Shown: positions 45,205-55,752 of the stretch, one piece after another
Position numbering within the stretch: the first letter of the stretch is position 1
Layout of the letters: every line of letters begins with the position of its first letter
Assembly: GCA_964530955.1 (NCBI GenBank)
Contig: CAZHCL010000002.1
Location: forward strand, 1-64,000
DNA from: Candidatus Woesearchaeota archaeon
GTDB lineage: Archaea; Nanobdellota; Nanobdellia; Pacearchaeales; GW2011-AR1
Reading direction: 5' to 3'
DNA: 64,000 nucleotides
Translations under genes and position numbers: made by a program
The notes under the pieces: model-generated
The model's input: only the letters and a program-made list of their open reading frames with translations
Databases searched by the model: none
Told to the model about the DNA's origin: nothing

Positions 45205-46302
45205 TTATTTGACTGCGCTTCCAACAGCCTCTGAGATATTTCTAAATCCCTCTCTTTCCAACATATCGGCAATACCTAAATTTATTTCACCAATCAAATT
45301 AGGTCCCTCATAAATCATTCCAGTAATAAGTTCAACTAAGTTAGCTCCTAATTTTATCTTTTTGTAAGCATCCTCAGCAGAGAATATCCCCCCAACACCT
45401 ATAAGAAAATATTTTCCCCTAGTTTTTTTATAAACATACTTTAACATTTTATTAGATTTTTCCTCGACCACTTTTCCTGAAAATCCACCTTTAGCGGACT
45501 TGCTTTTTTTAGTTAAGTTTGAGATGATAAATCCAGTTATTTTATGCTTTCCAGAGATATGTATAATTGTATCAACCTCTTTTATACTTAAATCAGGGGA
45601 TAATTTCACAAAAACAGGTTTTTTTATTTTTAACCTATCAGTTTCTTTCAAAAGAGATTCGTAAGCTTCTGCCCTGCTGAAAGGCTGTCCGCCATAGGCA
45701 TTGGGACAACTTATATTTAGAACATAAAAATTTCCCATATTTAGCTCATTAAATTTTTTTAAAGAATAAATGTAATCTTTCAAACCAACAGAATCATTTG
45801 CAGTTTCCCTGCAGTTAGTCTTGGCAATACTTATGCCAAAAGGAATTTTATATTTTTCTCCTGACAAAGAATTAGAAATACTATCGACTCCCCTATTATT
45901 CAAACCTAAGTTTATCCAGAGACTTTTCTTACCTGCTATCCTTTCAAGCCTCTTTCCAGTATTTCCACCACAGGAAAGCCCAGTTACACTTCCGACTTCA
46001 CTGAATCCAAATCCGACATCTTCACAGATGCTTATTATCTCAGCATTTTTATCAAAGCCGGCAGAGAGTCCCACAGGATTGTTGAAAGTTGTTCCCATTA
46101 CATTTTGTCTAAGAATAGGATTCTCGTAATAATACATATCTCTGATAATTTGTTTCGTCAGTCTATACTTTCCAAGAATTCTTCCAAATTTAATAAAAAA
46201 TCTATGCATTAACTCTGCATCAAAGTTAAAAGCAATTCTTTTAACAATATTAACATACAGCCAATGATTGACCTTATTTCTTACCTCAACTGCAGATTCC
46301 AT
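45205..46302 (-). CDS. pyrD: Dihydroorotate dehydrogenase, class 2 (quinone)
   Basis: NPVGLSAGFDKNA, EVGSVT, LGLNN.G, NISCPNAYGG, VKLSPD, GGFSG, IGVGGIFS.EDA..KI..GA.LV. Confidence 0.92.
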   Translation of the reverse strand: MESAVEVRNKVNHWLYVNIVKRIAFNFDAELMHRFFIKFGRILGKYRLTKQIIRDMYYYENPILRQNVMGTTFNNPVGLSAGFDKNAEIISICEDVGFGFSEVGSVTGLSCGGNTGKRLERIAGKKSLWINLGLNNRGVDSISNSLSGEKYKIPFGISIAKTNCRETANDSVGLKDYIYSLKKFNELNMGNFYVLNISCPNAYGGQPFSRAEAYESLLKETDRLKIKKPVFVKLSPDLSIKEVDTIIHISGKHKITGFIISNLTKKSKSAKGGFSGKVVEEKSNKMLKYVYKKTRGKYFLIGVGGIFSAEDAYKKIKLGANLVELITGMIYEGPNLIGEINLGIADMLEREGFRNISEAVGSAVK

Positions 46303-46341
46303 AAAAATAAAGAATGTGTTTGTTTAAAAACATTAAGTAAA

Positions 46342-48030
46342 CTACTCTCTCTGCTTACCTGCTTCTTTCTGTATATCTTTAAGAGAAGCAATATCTGAAA
46401 CATCTCTATCGGGACGGTAATTACTTATTCTTGGAAATCTGAGTGCATATCCCGAACTGTAGCTTATGCTTTTCTGAATATTCTGATAAGTCACAGAAAC
46501 AACAACTTTTGGCTTGATAAATACTCTATTACCTTCTGACTCAGTTATTAGAGGTTTTAGAAGTTTAGTCATTTCATCATAGCTTGTTCCCTCTCCTTCC
46601 TTCTCTTTCAATCCAGAGCTTACCATCCCGAGCTCAAGCATTTTATCTCCCTCTCTGCAAGCAACCATATAGCTTGTAAGCCAACCAGCCCTTTTACCAG
46701 TTCCATACTCTGCGCCCACAATTACTAAATCAAGATCATTTACAATAGGTTTCATCTTTACCATATATCCTACCTTCCTTCCCTGTTTATAGGGAGCATC
46801 GAGATTTTTCATCATAATCCCCTCCTCGCCTATTTTAAGTGCAGACTCGTAAAACTTCTCAGCTTCTGAATCTGAATCAGTTATTATTTGGACAGCAGGC
46901 CTTATCACAAAAGATTTTTCCTTTATTATTTTTTCAAGGAGCTTTCTTCTTTCAATAAATTTATTGTTTAACATTCCTTTGCCATTGTAAAAAAGTACAT
47001 CAAAAACGTTTATTTCAACAGGGAGCTCATTTATCAGCTTATCAATGTCATATTTTCTTTTTATTCTCTGACTTATTGCCTCGAATGGCCTATACTTTTC
47101 AGTTTTTGGATCAAAACCAACAGCCTCCGCATCTAAAATAAAGCTGTCCCCTTTTACAAATTTAGAAACAGCTTCAACTATATCGGGAAATTGTATAGTC
47201 ACATTCTCAAGCTTCCTTGTAAACAATGAAATTTTTCCCTTGTCCTTATTTATCAATATCCTGAAACCATCATATTTATGCTCAATTGCCGCAGGTCTAC
47301 CGCATATCCTGAACCCCTCATCAAAATCAGTCACTTTAGTGGCAAGCATGACCTTTATGGGCCTTCCTGGCTCAATATCTATCTTGTCCAACTCTTTTTC
47401 GCCTTTCATCGCAGCTTCAAAAACAAGAGCAGAGTCATTAGCAAGATCATATTTTTCTTCCAGTATTGGCTTCATCCTATCATCCGAATCAAAAAAAGCA
47501 GAATTTATTGCATCAACAAGTAATGCATCAGCAACTCCTACTCTGAGATCGTTAAGAATTGTTCTTATAATATATTTTGATTCATTTGGAGAAGCAGAAG
47601 TTAAAAGTTCAGAAACAAGGTCAAGTTTTTTTTCTATACTTCCTTTTCCTTCTATATCTACTATCGCCCTTAAATTATCAAAAACTTTCTTTGCATCAAG
47701 ATTTTGGGAGAATAAAGCCTTCTGTTTCCTTTTCTCTGTATAAAATTTTGCAATCTCGCCCCAATCTCCTATCTTTCTAACCTTATCTTCCACTTCTTCT
47801 TGCTTTATTCCAAAAGCAGAGCAGATAACTTTCAAAGTCAGCTGACCAGAAATACCGAATTCACTTGGGTCATAATCAGGAAATACTTTTCCTCTCAGAA
47901 GATAAATCCATCGAGCATCCCCTGATTTACTAAGTTTCTTCAAAAAAGAGGCAAGAATAGCTGTCTTCTCCAGTTTCTTAGTTGTCGATGCAAGAGATTC
48001 ATAAACTTCAACAAATTCCTTATATTGCAT
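46342..48030 (-). CDS. lig: ATP-dependent DNA ligase
   Basis: LRVGV, MLA, EHKYDGFR adenylation motif, LDAE, FDVL, EGIMMK, DLVIVGA..G.GKR, ALRFPR. Confidence 0.97.
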   Translation of the reverse strand: MQYKEFVEVYESLASTTKKLEKTAILASFLKKLSKSGDARWIYLLRGKVFPDYDPSEFGISGQLTLKVICSAFGIKQEEVEDKVRKIGDWGEIAKFYTEKRKQKALFSQNLDAKKVFDNLRAIVDIEGKGSIEKKLDLVSELLTSASPNESKYIIRTILNDLRVGVADALLVDAINSAFFDSDDRMKPILEEKYDLANDSALVFEAAMKGEKELDKIDIEPGRPIKVMLATKVTDFDEGFRICGRPAAIEHKYDGFRILINKDKGKISLFTRKLENVTIQFPDIVEAVSKFVKGDSFILDAEAVGFDPKTEKYRPFEAISQRIKRKYDIDKLINELPVEINVFDVLFYNGKGMLNNKFIERRKLLEKIIKEKSFVIRPAVQIITDSDSEAEKFYESALKIGEEGIMMKNLDAPYKQGRKVGYMVKMKPIVNDLDLVIVGAEYGTGKRAGWLTSYMVACREGDKMLELGMVSSGLKEKEGEGTSYDEMTKLLKPLITESEGNRVFIKPKVVVSVTYQNIQKSISYSSGYALRFPRISNYRPDRDVSDIASLKDIQKEAGKQRE

Positions 48031-48079
48031 TATTTCTAAAAGTAAAAATGATATATAATCATTGCTATCATCAAATAAA

Positions 48080-48775
48080 TTAAATCCAGCCAGCTTTCTT
48101 TATTCCGCCATCAACTATTTTAAATTCTAGCTCTTTCTCCTTCAAGCTTCTATGTTTCTTTAAAAAAGCAATTCTTTTTCCATTGTCGTTCACAAGTTCA
48201 ATTATACATTTACCCCAGTAATTCAAAATATCTCCTCCAACCATTCTTCTTTCATCCTGCCAATTATATACCTGATTAGTTACCAAAACAGGTATTTGCT
48301 TTTTCCTAGCTATCTCAGCAAGCGTTTTCATCTGAGAAACAAGCTCAGCATTAATCCTTCTTAATGAGTCATCATCTTTTTCTCTTGCGGCTGCAAAGTC
48401 AAGTCTGTAAAGTATAGTCATACCATCAACCACTATCAATGAAACTTGATCTTTCAAATATTCATTTAATTTTTTGAAAGCATCTTTCTGCTCAGTAAAA
48501 TTAGTAGGATTTAGTAGCAAGATATTTTTAAGAACTTTTTCAACTTCAGCCTTATCAGCATTAACAAGTTGTTTTACTCTTTCAGAACTGAAACCTCCTT
48601 CAGTATCAATAAAAATAACTTTGTTGCCTTTTTTTGCCTGAGAGACTGCAGCAAGCATACAAAAATTAGTCTTCCCAGAACCCGGGCCTCCATAAATAAC
48701 ACTTACAATGTCGTTCTCATACCCTCCGAAAAGCCATTTATTCAAGTCATAGCTTCCAGCAGATACTTTTACCAT
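48080..48775 (-). CDS. radB: DNA repair protein RadB
   Basis: GGYEND, YGGPGSGKT, FIDTEGGFS.ER, VVDG, VTNQVY, KHRS motif. Confidence 0.92.
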   Translation of the reverse strand: MVKVSAGSYDLNKWLFGGYENDIVSVIYGGPGSGKTNFCMLAAVSQAKKGNKVIFIDTEGGFSSERVKQLVNADKAEVEKVLKNILLLNPTNFTEQKDAFKKLNEYLKDQVSLIVVDGMTILYRLDFAAAREKDDDSLRRINAELVSQMKTLAEIARKKQIPVLVTNQVYNWQDERRMVGGDILNYWGKCIIELVNDNGKRIAFLKKHRSLKEKELEFKIVDGGIKKAGWI

Positions 48776-48830
48776 CAAATCCAAAGAAATAGAAGGTATA
48801 TAAAAATAATGAAAATAAAATAAATAGGTT

Positions 48831-49022
48831 TTACTTCCTTCTCGAAGCTCTTGCGTTCTTTTCAGGCATCTCCATAGCGCAGAAACAGTTCTTGCAGCTA
48901 AAAGAGTGTATAAGCAAAATTATACCTGCGATAACTACTATCCACTGTGAAATCGATGTCTGCCATAAAGCAAACACTATCACAACAATAGCAATTATCA
49001 ATTCACACCAACTCTTGCACAT
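48831..49022 (-). CDS. Small 2-TM Cys-containing membrane protein
   Basis: 63 aa, GGAGGTG SD upstream. Confidence 0.7.
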   Translation of the reverse strand: MCKSWCELIIAIVVIVFALWQTSISQWIVVIAGIILLIHSFSCKNCFCAMEMPEKNARASRRK

Positions 49023-49085
49023 GTCACACCTCCCATTATAGCGTCAATGAACTAGGGTTAATAAATATAAGCATTAACAAAAAAG

Positions 49086-49442
49086 TTAATATGCTTTTTT
49101 CTGTTTATATTGACTCCAATACTCAGGAGGAACAAGCAAGTTTAATTTACCTACTATTACGCTAACAGAATAATCAGCTTGAACATCACGGCGGTTATGG
49201 TTAACCCCTTTAAATTCTTCTTCAGCAGCACGTATTGCTCCTTCTAAAGAACCTTTATGCCTTGTAGTAGTAGACTTCTCTCCCTGGCTCTCCCATAAAG
49301 AATAAAGAAACACAGTATAATTAGCTCTCTCAGGGTTAAAACCCTCAAGCAGAGGCAATGCTTTTTCAGTTTGAATAATTTTTTCCCTTAATCTCTTAAG
49401 TGATTTTTTAACATCTTTTCTAAGATAAGTTTGCAATTTCAT
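49086..49442 (-). CDS. Hypothetical (orphan) protein
   Basis: 118-aa ORF with TATA box upstream. Confidence 0.55.
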   Translation of the reverse strand: MKLQTYLRKDVKKSLKRLREKIIQTEKALPLLEGFNPERANYTVFLYSLWESQGEKSTTTRHKGSLEGAIRAAEEEFKGVNHNRRDVQADYSVSVIVGKLNLLVPPEYWSQYKQKKAY

Positions 49443-49513
49443 ATTCTTACAAAAGAATTAAAGAAGGTTATAAAGATTATTGCATTAATTACATACTATT
49501 AGAAGATATACAT

Positions 49514-49768
49514 TTATTTCTTCAAACCAGAAGCAAGCTTGTCACAATCTTTCTTTATAGCATCAATAGCATCAGCAACTGCCTTTTTGACAGGCTTGTT
49601 ATTGCTCTCTATACTGAAAATAAGCGGTTTTGAAGGATGCTCTCTTCTCCAGGCAGCAAATTCAACTCCCTGCTCATACAAATAAACCCTTAATATCTCT
49701 GCAATGGTAGGATTGTCAATCCTAATTTCAATATCATTCTTTTCATTCTTAACAAGTTCAATGTTCAT
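49514..49768 (-). CDS. rpo11: RNA polymerase subunit Rpo11 (RpoL)
   Basis: TIAEILR.YL...GVEFAA.RREHP. Confidence 0.85.
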   Translation of the reverse strand: MNIELVKNEKNDIEIRIDNPTIAEILRVYLYEQGVEFAAWRREHPSKPLIFSIESNNKPVKKAVADAIDAIKKDCDKLASGLKK

Positions 49769-49821
49769 AAAAGAATTGCTTTTCCTTGGTTTATAAAACT
49801 TTCTAAAAATAGAATAACAAA

Positions 49822-50421
49822 CTACTTGCTCTCTTCAGAATCATCATTGCTTACATCAATAACATCAACAAGCTCCTCAGCTTTAGTTCCTGGTTTGCTA
49901 GCACCCATTCTTTCAGTCCATTTGGGTTGAGAAAGAGAATGCTTCCTTGCAGTAAACCCTGAAGAAGTATCAGTAGAACTGCCAGCTCTTCTAAGATTGA
50001 CTTTCAAATAACTCTCGAGCTTGTTTATCAAGATATAATCATTATGAGGTATGATTCCATTTTCAATCATCTTTATATCCTCTTCAGGACTGTTAATGGC
50101 CTGAGCAAGCTGCTTTCTGTTTAAGTTCATCTGCTTTCTCCTAGAACCAACAATCCAATGAAAGTTTTCTACCAAGCTAGAAATAATCTCATTCTTATCA
50201 TGCCAAGGTCTTCGGTATTTATCTATATCAAAATAAGCCTTTCTCTCTCCTCTTAATCTAGGAGTAAGTTTCATCTGCTTCTGGACAGCAGGAGAATCAA
50301 GTACTGATTGCTCAGGCTTTCTTATTACAAGTAATCCCTCTCTCTTTGCATATTCCGAGCTCACTCTTACAATTCTACCGTCCTCAATAGCTTCAACCAG
50401 ATTTTTATCATCTTCAGGCAT
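49822..50421 (-). CDS. XRE-type HTH protein (MBF1-like)
   Basis: LVENF...RRKQMNLNRKQLAQAINSPEEDIKMIENG...KLESYLKVNL. Confidence 0.6.
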   Translation of the reverse strand: MPEDDKNLVEAIEDGRIVRVSSEYAKREGLLVIRKPEQSVLDSPAVQKQMKLTPRLRGERKAYFDIDKYRRPWHDKNEIISSLVENFHWIVGSRRKQMNLNRKQLAQAINSPEEDIKMIENGIIPHNDYILINKLESYLKVNLRRAGSSTDTSSGFTARKHSLSQPKWTERMGASKPGTKAEELVDVIDVSNDDSEESK

Positions 50422-50445
50422 ACTTTTTAGTGTAGAACATAGTTT

Positions 50446-51114
50446 TTATTCTTTATTGCTATTGAAAATACTATTTTGAAGCTCATTAGAAGTAGGAACG
50501 CCATAGATAATTTTACTTTCATCTATCACTATTGCAGGTTCAGAAGTTACATTATATCTGTCTAAAGTCAAATTTACAGATTCAAGTCCTAGATTAGCAG
50601 CAATAGGAATAAGTAATATCTTACCAGGGTTCTTTCCTTTGGTATCTAACAAAAGATTTGACAAAGTATACTGCTCAGCTTTTATGTTAGTATCTGTAGA
50701 ATCATAATTAAAAAAGTAGGTTACTATGTGGAAGCTCTGATTACAGTTTTGCCTTATCTGAACAGCCTCATCCCACAACATTAATCTTAGTAAATCATAT
50801 CTTTTATGAACTTCTTTTAAATCAGAAGTGAACTTGCTTGCAGAATCATATTGTTCCAAAGCAGAGGCCTCTGCATAAATTCTGTCTGCAAAATTGAATG
50901 TGTCATTAACGGCGACACTGCAACTAATACTTCCCATTGTAACTTCCTTATTTCTTAATTGCTCATCGAGAAGACTTATTTCGGATTTCATAACATCAGA
51001 AGAAAGCTGGCTGGACCTCCCCTGCTCAAGGAAAAATCCCAAAGCTATTCCTATTATGAATACGATAATCGTAAATACAAGAGCCAACCAAAAAGCATGT
51101 TTGCTATTTACCAT
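50446..51114 (-). CDS. Membrane-anchored extracellular protein, possible thioredoxin-like fold
   Basis: N-terminal TM helix and a C-terminal ...EPAIVIDE..I.G beta pattern; overlaps the GT2 gene. Confidence 0.55.
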   Translation of the reverse strand: MVNSKHAFWLALVFTIIVFIIGIALGFFLEQGRSSQLSSDVMKSEISLLDEQLRNKEVTMGSISCSVAVNDTFNFADRIYAEASALEQYDSASKFTSDLKEVHKRYDLLRLMLWDEAVQIRQNCNQSFHIVTYFFNYDSTDTNIKAEQYTLSNLLLDTKGKNPGKILLIPIAANLGLESVNLTLDRYNVTSEPAIVIDESKIIYGVPTSNELQNSIFNSNKE

Positions 51115-52340
51115 GAATATTTTCCCGTTACCAGCTTATACAATCCGGCAATCATGATTGTGGGATAAACTGATAAGTATACTATACTATAGAAGAATAC
51201 GTTAAAAACATTGTTATTTTCGAACTTGTGCGCATCCATCATTCTTAAAACCAAAAAAGTAAAGGAAATTCCAAGGAAAAACAAAGCAAATCCAAAAAAA
51301 TTGAGAACAGAAGGTGAAAAGCTCAAATCCTGTAACTGTAAAACTGCTACGCTTGCATCGATTGAGTATTTGGTAGAGAGATAATACAAGAAAAGTTTTC
51401 TTGACAACAAGTAAGCAAGAAGCAAGAGCCCGAATAATCCTATAAAAAGAGAAATGCTAAAAAAAGGTATTATAAAAGAACCAAGCATCCCTTTACTAAA
51501 AGCTGAATCTCTGTATTTTATTATACACTGCGTGCCTCCAATGTTCCATCTTACTCTTTGCTTCCACCAATCCTTTAATTTAGTAGGAGTAGTTGTATAA
51601 ACCTGCGTTGCAAGACACATTCTTGGCCTATATCCGTATGAACGCATTCTCCACACAATCTCTATATCTTGAGTCATATTGTGAGTATCAAAAAGACCTA
51701 TTTCCATTAGAACCTTTTTGCTGTAAAGAGCAAAGGGCCCAGGAGTTACGTAAACAGCATCAACAGAATCAAGAAGCTTTCTCTGAAATCCTATAATAAA
51801 ATATTCTATCTGCTGCAGCCTCTGCATAAAAGTAACTGGTTTTTTTGATAACACTGAACAGGTTACTCCTCCAGTCTTTTCATCTTCCTGAAGAAATCCT
51901 ATCATTTTAAGAAGAGCATCTCTTGCAGGAGCAGAATCGGCATCAGCAACAGCAATATACTTGTACCTAGCGGCCTTTATGCCTATATTGGTTGGCTCTG
52001 CGGCTCCACCAGAATTTCTTTTGTTAACAATTAGCTGAACATTCCCATGTTTTGCAGCATATTTTCTAACTATTTCTGCAGAATTATCACTAGAACAATC
52101 ATCGACAACAATTATCTCTATCATCTCCCTAGGGTAATCCAAATTAAGTAAAGATTCTATTGCCTCGCCGATAGTTTCAGATTCATTGTAACAGGGCATC
52201 ACAATGCTCACAGGCTCAGGCTTTCCTTTAGGATAAACAAAGAGTTCTTTCCTAGCTGTAAAAAAGATAGTAAGAAAAAGAAAGGAAATATAAAACCCTA
52301 CAAAAATATAGAAAAAGAAAACAAAATCTAGCCAAGTCAT
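51108..52340 (-). CDS. Processive GT2 glycosyltransferase (PgaC/cellulose-synthase-like)
   Basis: PCYNE, VDDCS, DADS, TQD, QRVRW (D,D,D,QxxRW) plus TM helices. Confidence 0.9.
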   Translation of the reverse strand: MTWLDFVFFFYIFVGFYISFLFLTIFFTARKELFVYPKGKPEPVSIVMPCYNESETIGEAIESLLNLDYPREMIEIIVVDDCSSDNSAEIVRKYAAKHGNVQLIVNKRNSGGAAEPTNIGIKAARYKYIAVADADSAPARDALLKMIGFLQEDEKTGGVTCSVLSKKPVTFMQRLQQIEYFIIGFQRKLLDSVDAVYVTPGPFALYSKKVLMEIGLFDTHNMTQDIEIVWRMRSYGYRPRMCLATQVYTTTPTKLKDWWKQRVRWNIGGTQCIIKYRDSAFSKGMLGSFIIPFFSISLFIGLFGLLLLAYLLSRKLFLYYLSTKYSIDASVAVLQLQDLSFSPSVLNFFGFALFFLGISFTFLVLRMMDAHKFENNNVFNVFFYSIVYLSVYPTIMIAGLYKLVTGKYSW

Positions 52341-52858
52341 GCCGAAGGAGTGTTTTCTTCAGATTTATTTACATGAAAATAATCATGGAAACTCTCACTT
52401 AAGCTGAGTTCAGAGGTATGCCCCGTTTTCTTTTTGTGAATCAATCCCATCTCGGCAAACTTTTTTATGTGGTCATAGGCCTTGTTGCCTCTTATCTTTA
52501 TTATTACACTTTGTTTTATCGGCTGCTTGTAGGCAATTATCGCCAGTGTTTCCTGCTCTGCCCTTGAAAATTCAGAGCTTCCTGTAGCAAGCCTGTTAAC
52601 CATGCCAACATATTCCTGAGCAACATCCATCTTCCACATATTATTTTGCTGCACAAGCTCAATTCCTGAATTACTATACTTATCGCTTAAATCCTCAAGT
52701 ATTTTCTTAAGCAAAATAGGGTTAACATCTGTAAGAGAAACAAGTTCCTGAATGCTCAAATATCTTCCAGCAATGAAAAGTGCTGCCTCTACTTTTCTAG
52801 TGCTTTCAATCTCGGCAGCCTGATCAACTTCTTCGATGCTTTCTCTGCTTATTTCCAT
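52337..52858 (-). CDS. scpB: SMC-Scp complex subunit ScpB
   Basis: VEAALF, ETLAIIAYKQP, IRG.KAYDHI..L.E.GLI. Confidence 0.92.
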   Translation of the reverse strand: MEISRESIEEVDQAAEIESTRKVEAALFIAGRYLSIQELVSLTDVNPILLKKILEDLSDKYSNSGIELVQQNNMWKMDVAQEYVGMVNRLATGSSEFSRAEQETLAIIAYKQPIKQSVIIKIRGNKAYDHIKKFAEMGLIHKKKTGHTSELSLSESFHDYFHVNKSEENTPSA

Positions 52859-52904
52859 AGAATAAATTAGTCTTGTAACCTTTAAAAATTATATGTAATG
52901 AAAA

Positions 52905-53507
52905 TCATCTAAGAATAATAATCAAAATTCCTTCGATTGTTGCAGCAACTACGAGCAACGGCAGAACAATGAGAAAGAAAACCTTCAATGAGTTATAAAG
53001 TCTCAGCTTGAAATTCTTTCTAGCTGGCTTTGAAAATACCGATGCTCCAAGTTTTATGCCAAGTCCCAGAGATATAAAAATAGCAGGAAGCTCAAATATT
53101 CCATGAGGAAGTATTCTCCAAAACTCAGAAAAACCTGAAAGAGAATATACTTTTGCAAGCACATATCCCAAAACAAGCCCGTTTGAAACAGAGTTAATAA
53201 GAGGGAATATGCCTAAAACAATTCCAAAAAGAAGACCTTCAAAAGCAACACTAGCATTGTTAGCGAAAATAAAAAGTATTAAGTTTATTCCAGTAAGCCC
53301 AGCGGTTTTACTTATTATTTCTTTCAGCAGAGTATCAAGAAAGCCTAATTTAGAAGCAAATGCAAATCCAATTATTGCGCTAATTATGAAAATACCTATA
53401 ACAGAATAAATATAATTTCTAGAATCTTTGATATATAAAAAAGCATCTTCCACATACTCTTTTAATAGACTAAAAGTTCCTTTAGTTTTTCTTCTTTGAG
53501 ATTTCAT
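52905..53507 (-). CDS. Stage II sporulation protein M (DUF95) family membrane protein
   Basis: IFANN, NGLVLG, ILPHGIFELPA, AATIEG. Confidence 0.85.
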   Translation of the reverse strand: MKSQRRKTKGTFSLLKEYVEDAFLYIKDSRNYIYSVIGIFIISAIIGFAFASKLGFLDTLLKEIISKTAGLTGINLILFIFANNASVAFEGLLFGIVLGIFPLINSVSNGLVLGYVLAKVYSLSGFSEFWRILPHGIFELPAIFISLGLGIKLGASVFSKPARKNFKLRLYNSLKVFFLIVLPLLVVAATIEGILIIILR

Positions 53508-54190
53508 TGGAAAAACCTCTGCAAAGCAATAACCTTCTTTTTGTACCTGACTCTAAGAAAATATCCATAGGCAAGCCCAGCTAAAAATCCTCCAAGATGT
53601 GCAACATTGCCTATGGGAAGGCTTGCAGCAAGCGAGGCAAGCCAAGTAAGAATAAGCACAAGTGGAATCATGATATATCCTGGAAGAGAGAAAAATGGTA
53701 GGAATATTATGCTAAATCTCATTCTAGGTAATAGAACTACGAAAAGCCCTGCAACGGCAAATATTGCTCCCGATGCTCCAACCATATACAATTCAGGAGT
53801 ACCGAAAAGATTGGCCCAAAAACCATATCCGTAAAATCCTGCAAGAAAAACAGAAAGTAATCCTGCAAAAACTCCTGAAATCAAATAAAACCAGACAAAT
53901 CTTTTTCTTCCGATTATTTTTTCAGATAAACTACCTAATGAATAAAGGACAAACATATTTACTAGCAAATGCAGCACACTGGCATGCATAAACATATGAG
54001 TAACCAGAGTCCAGAGATATTTTCCATGGAGAATATTCGCAGGAGATAAAGCAAGATAATTCAAAACTTTATCTCCGTAGACTGCCTGAAGCAAAAGTGC
54101 TGCAATGAAAATAAAAACATTAATAAAAATTATCCAAGTGGTTGCAGAAAATTGAAAAGAACGTTTATTACCTACTAATTGGCTTTGCAC
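53504..54190 (-). CDS. Rhomboid intramembrane serine protease
   Basis: HMFMH...HLLVNM, GASGA, AHLGG; GTG start. Confidence 0.92.
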   Translation of the reverse strand: MQSQLVGNKRSFQFSATTWIIFINVFIFIAALLLQAVYGDKVLNYLALSPANILHGKYLWTLVTHMFMHASVLHLLVNMFVLYSLGSLSEKIIGRKRFVWFYLISGVFAGLLSVFLAGFYGYGFWANLFGTPELYMVGASGAIFAVAGLFVVLLPRMRFSIIFLPFFSLPGYIMIPLVLILTWLASLAASLPIGNVAHLGGFLAGLAYGYFLRVRYKKKVIALQRFFQ

Positions 54191-54192
54191 GA

Positions 54193-54891
54193 TTATCTTC
54201 CTCTTTTTTTACTTTTAGGTTTCTTACCCTTTGCAGGAATTTTAACTTTTAGCTTTCCTAATTTTTTAAGCTCTCTCTGTCTCTTTTTCTTCTTAGCTTC
54301 TTTTTCTTCTTTCTTTTTCTTCTCCTCAGCCTTCATCCTCTTAAGCCTAGTCTTCTGATTCTTAACATCAAGAATACCTATTTCTATATTGACTTTTTCA
54401 ATAAGAGCCTCATTCCTTGCAAGTTCTTTCTCAAGAAGGGCAGATTCTTTGCTATTATCTTTAAGCTGTAATATCTCTCCACACTCTGGACATACATAAT
54501 CATGAGTTAGTGCTGCTTCTTCTGTAAAATCAAGGCTACAATTAGGTGAATAATAAAATCTCTCTGTTTTTTTGCCATGTATATCCTGTTTAAGCGCCTC
54601 TATCTTCTTAAAAAGTTCATCTTTTGATTTGATTAATCCTTTGTCTGGATTTAATGTCCAAAAATAAGTATACCATCCGCCCTTCTTATTGTCCTTCTTT
54701 CTTATGAAACTGACAATTCCTTCATCTGCCAGTTTGTAAAGAACATTTCTTGTCTGATTAATTGTTAATTTAAGCTTTTTTGCAATCAAAAACTCATTTA
54801 CATTTTTCTTGTCTACTAGAAGGTCTATAATACCTTTAGATTTTTCTCCTGCGATGGATGAAACAACTTCCTTAAGAATTACAACTTGCAT
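54193..54891 (-). CDS. tfe: Transcription factor E (TFE alpha) with Lys-rich tail
   Basis: EFLIAKKLKLTINQTRNVLYKL, GWYTYFW, CPECG zinc ribbon. Confidence 0.88.
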   Translation of the reverse strand: MQVVILKEVVSSIAGEKSKGIIDLLVDKKNVNEFLIAKKLKLTINQTRNVLYKLADEGIVSFIRKKDNKKGGWYTYFWTLNPDKGLIKSKDELFKKIEALKQDIHGKKTERFYYSPNCSLDFTEEAALTHDYVCPECGEILQLKDNSKESALLEKELARNEALIEKVNIEIGILDVKNQKTRLKRMKAEEKKKKEEKEAKKKKRQRELKKLGKLKVKIPAKGKKPKSKKRGR

Positions 54892-54991
54892 ATATTCTCT
54901 TCCGATTATTCTTATTAAAAACCTTTCCCTTTTATGTTACTCTTTTATAGTTAATATAAAGCTATATAAATTAACTTAAAAACCTATCAAT

Positions 54992-55741
54992 ATGTTTTGG
55001 AATAAAAAGGAAAATAAAAATTCATTGCCAGATCTTCCAGCTATTAAATCGCCATTCAGCAAAGAGTTATTTGTCTCTTCCCAAGATAAGAACATAGTCG
55101 AAGAAAAAATGGAAGAAAACGCAGAGCCTGACGATGAAAAACATTCCCTTCCATCATTTCCCGATTCACTTGCAGAAAAGGGATTTTCTCAAACAGCAAT
55201 AAAAGAAGCAGTAAGTCAGGATGAGATAAAAGAACCTGAGGAAAGCGATTCTGAAGAGGAAAGCGATTTGCCAGTGGCAAAGCCAGAGCAAAATAAGTTC
55301 AAAACAATACAAGTAAATGAAGACCATGTTTCTTCAACAAAAGAAAATCCTTATCTTAAGAGCGTAAAAACTGGCCTAGAGAATAAAAATAAATATGTTC
55401 AGCCAATTAATACCTATAATGAACCTGAAGAACAGGAAAAACCATTCACTTTAGGTCTCCCTCCTTCGGAGCCAGAATTTGAGGATGAAATTGAAAAACC
55501 AATGCCTGCTGAAAACCAGAAGAAAGGAGATGTCTTCGTAAAAATAGAAAAATTCTACTCGGCTAAAAAATCACTTGACGGGATCAGACAACAAATAGAC
55601 CAAATAGATGACCTGCTAAAGAAGATAAGAGACATAAAGATGAAAGAAGAAAGAGAATTGTCAGTCTGGGAAAAAGAGATAGCCCTGGTAAAATCAAGGA
55701 TACAGAATGTCAATGAAACTATCTTTGAGAAGATATCCTAA
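54992..55741 (+). CDS. Hypothetical protein: acidic low-complexity linker and C-terminal coiled coil
   Basis: LPDLP motifs, Glu/Pro-rich middle region, heptad C-terminus. Confidence 0.7.
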   Translation: MFWNKKENKNSLPDLPAIKSPFSKELFVSSQDKNIVEEKMEENAEPDDEKHSLPSFPDSLAEKGFSQTAIKEAVSQDEIKEPEESDSEEESDLPVAKPEQNKFKTIQVNEDHVSSTKENPYLKSVKTGLENKNKYVQPINTYNEPEEQEKPFTLGLPPSEPEFEDEIEKPMPAENQKKGDVFVKIEKFYSAKKSLDGIRQQIDQIDDLLKKIRDIKMKEERELSVWEKEIALVKSRIQNVNETIFEKIS

Positions 55742-55752
55742 AAGGAATAAAA

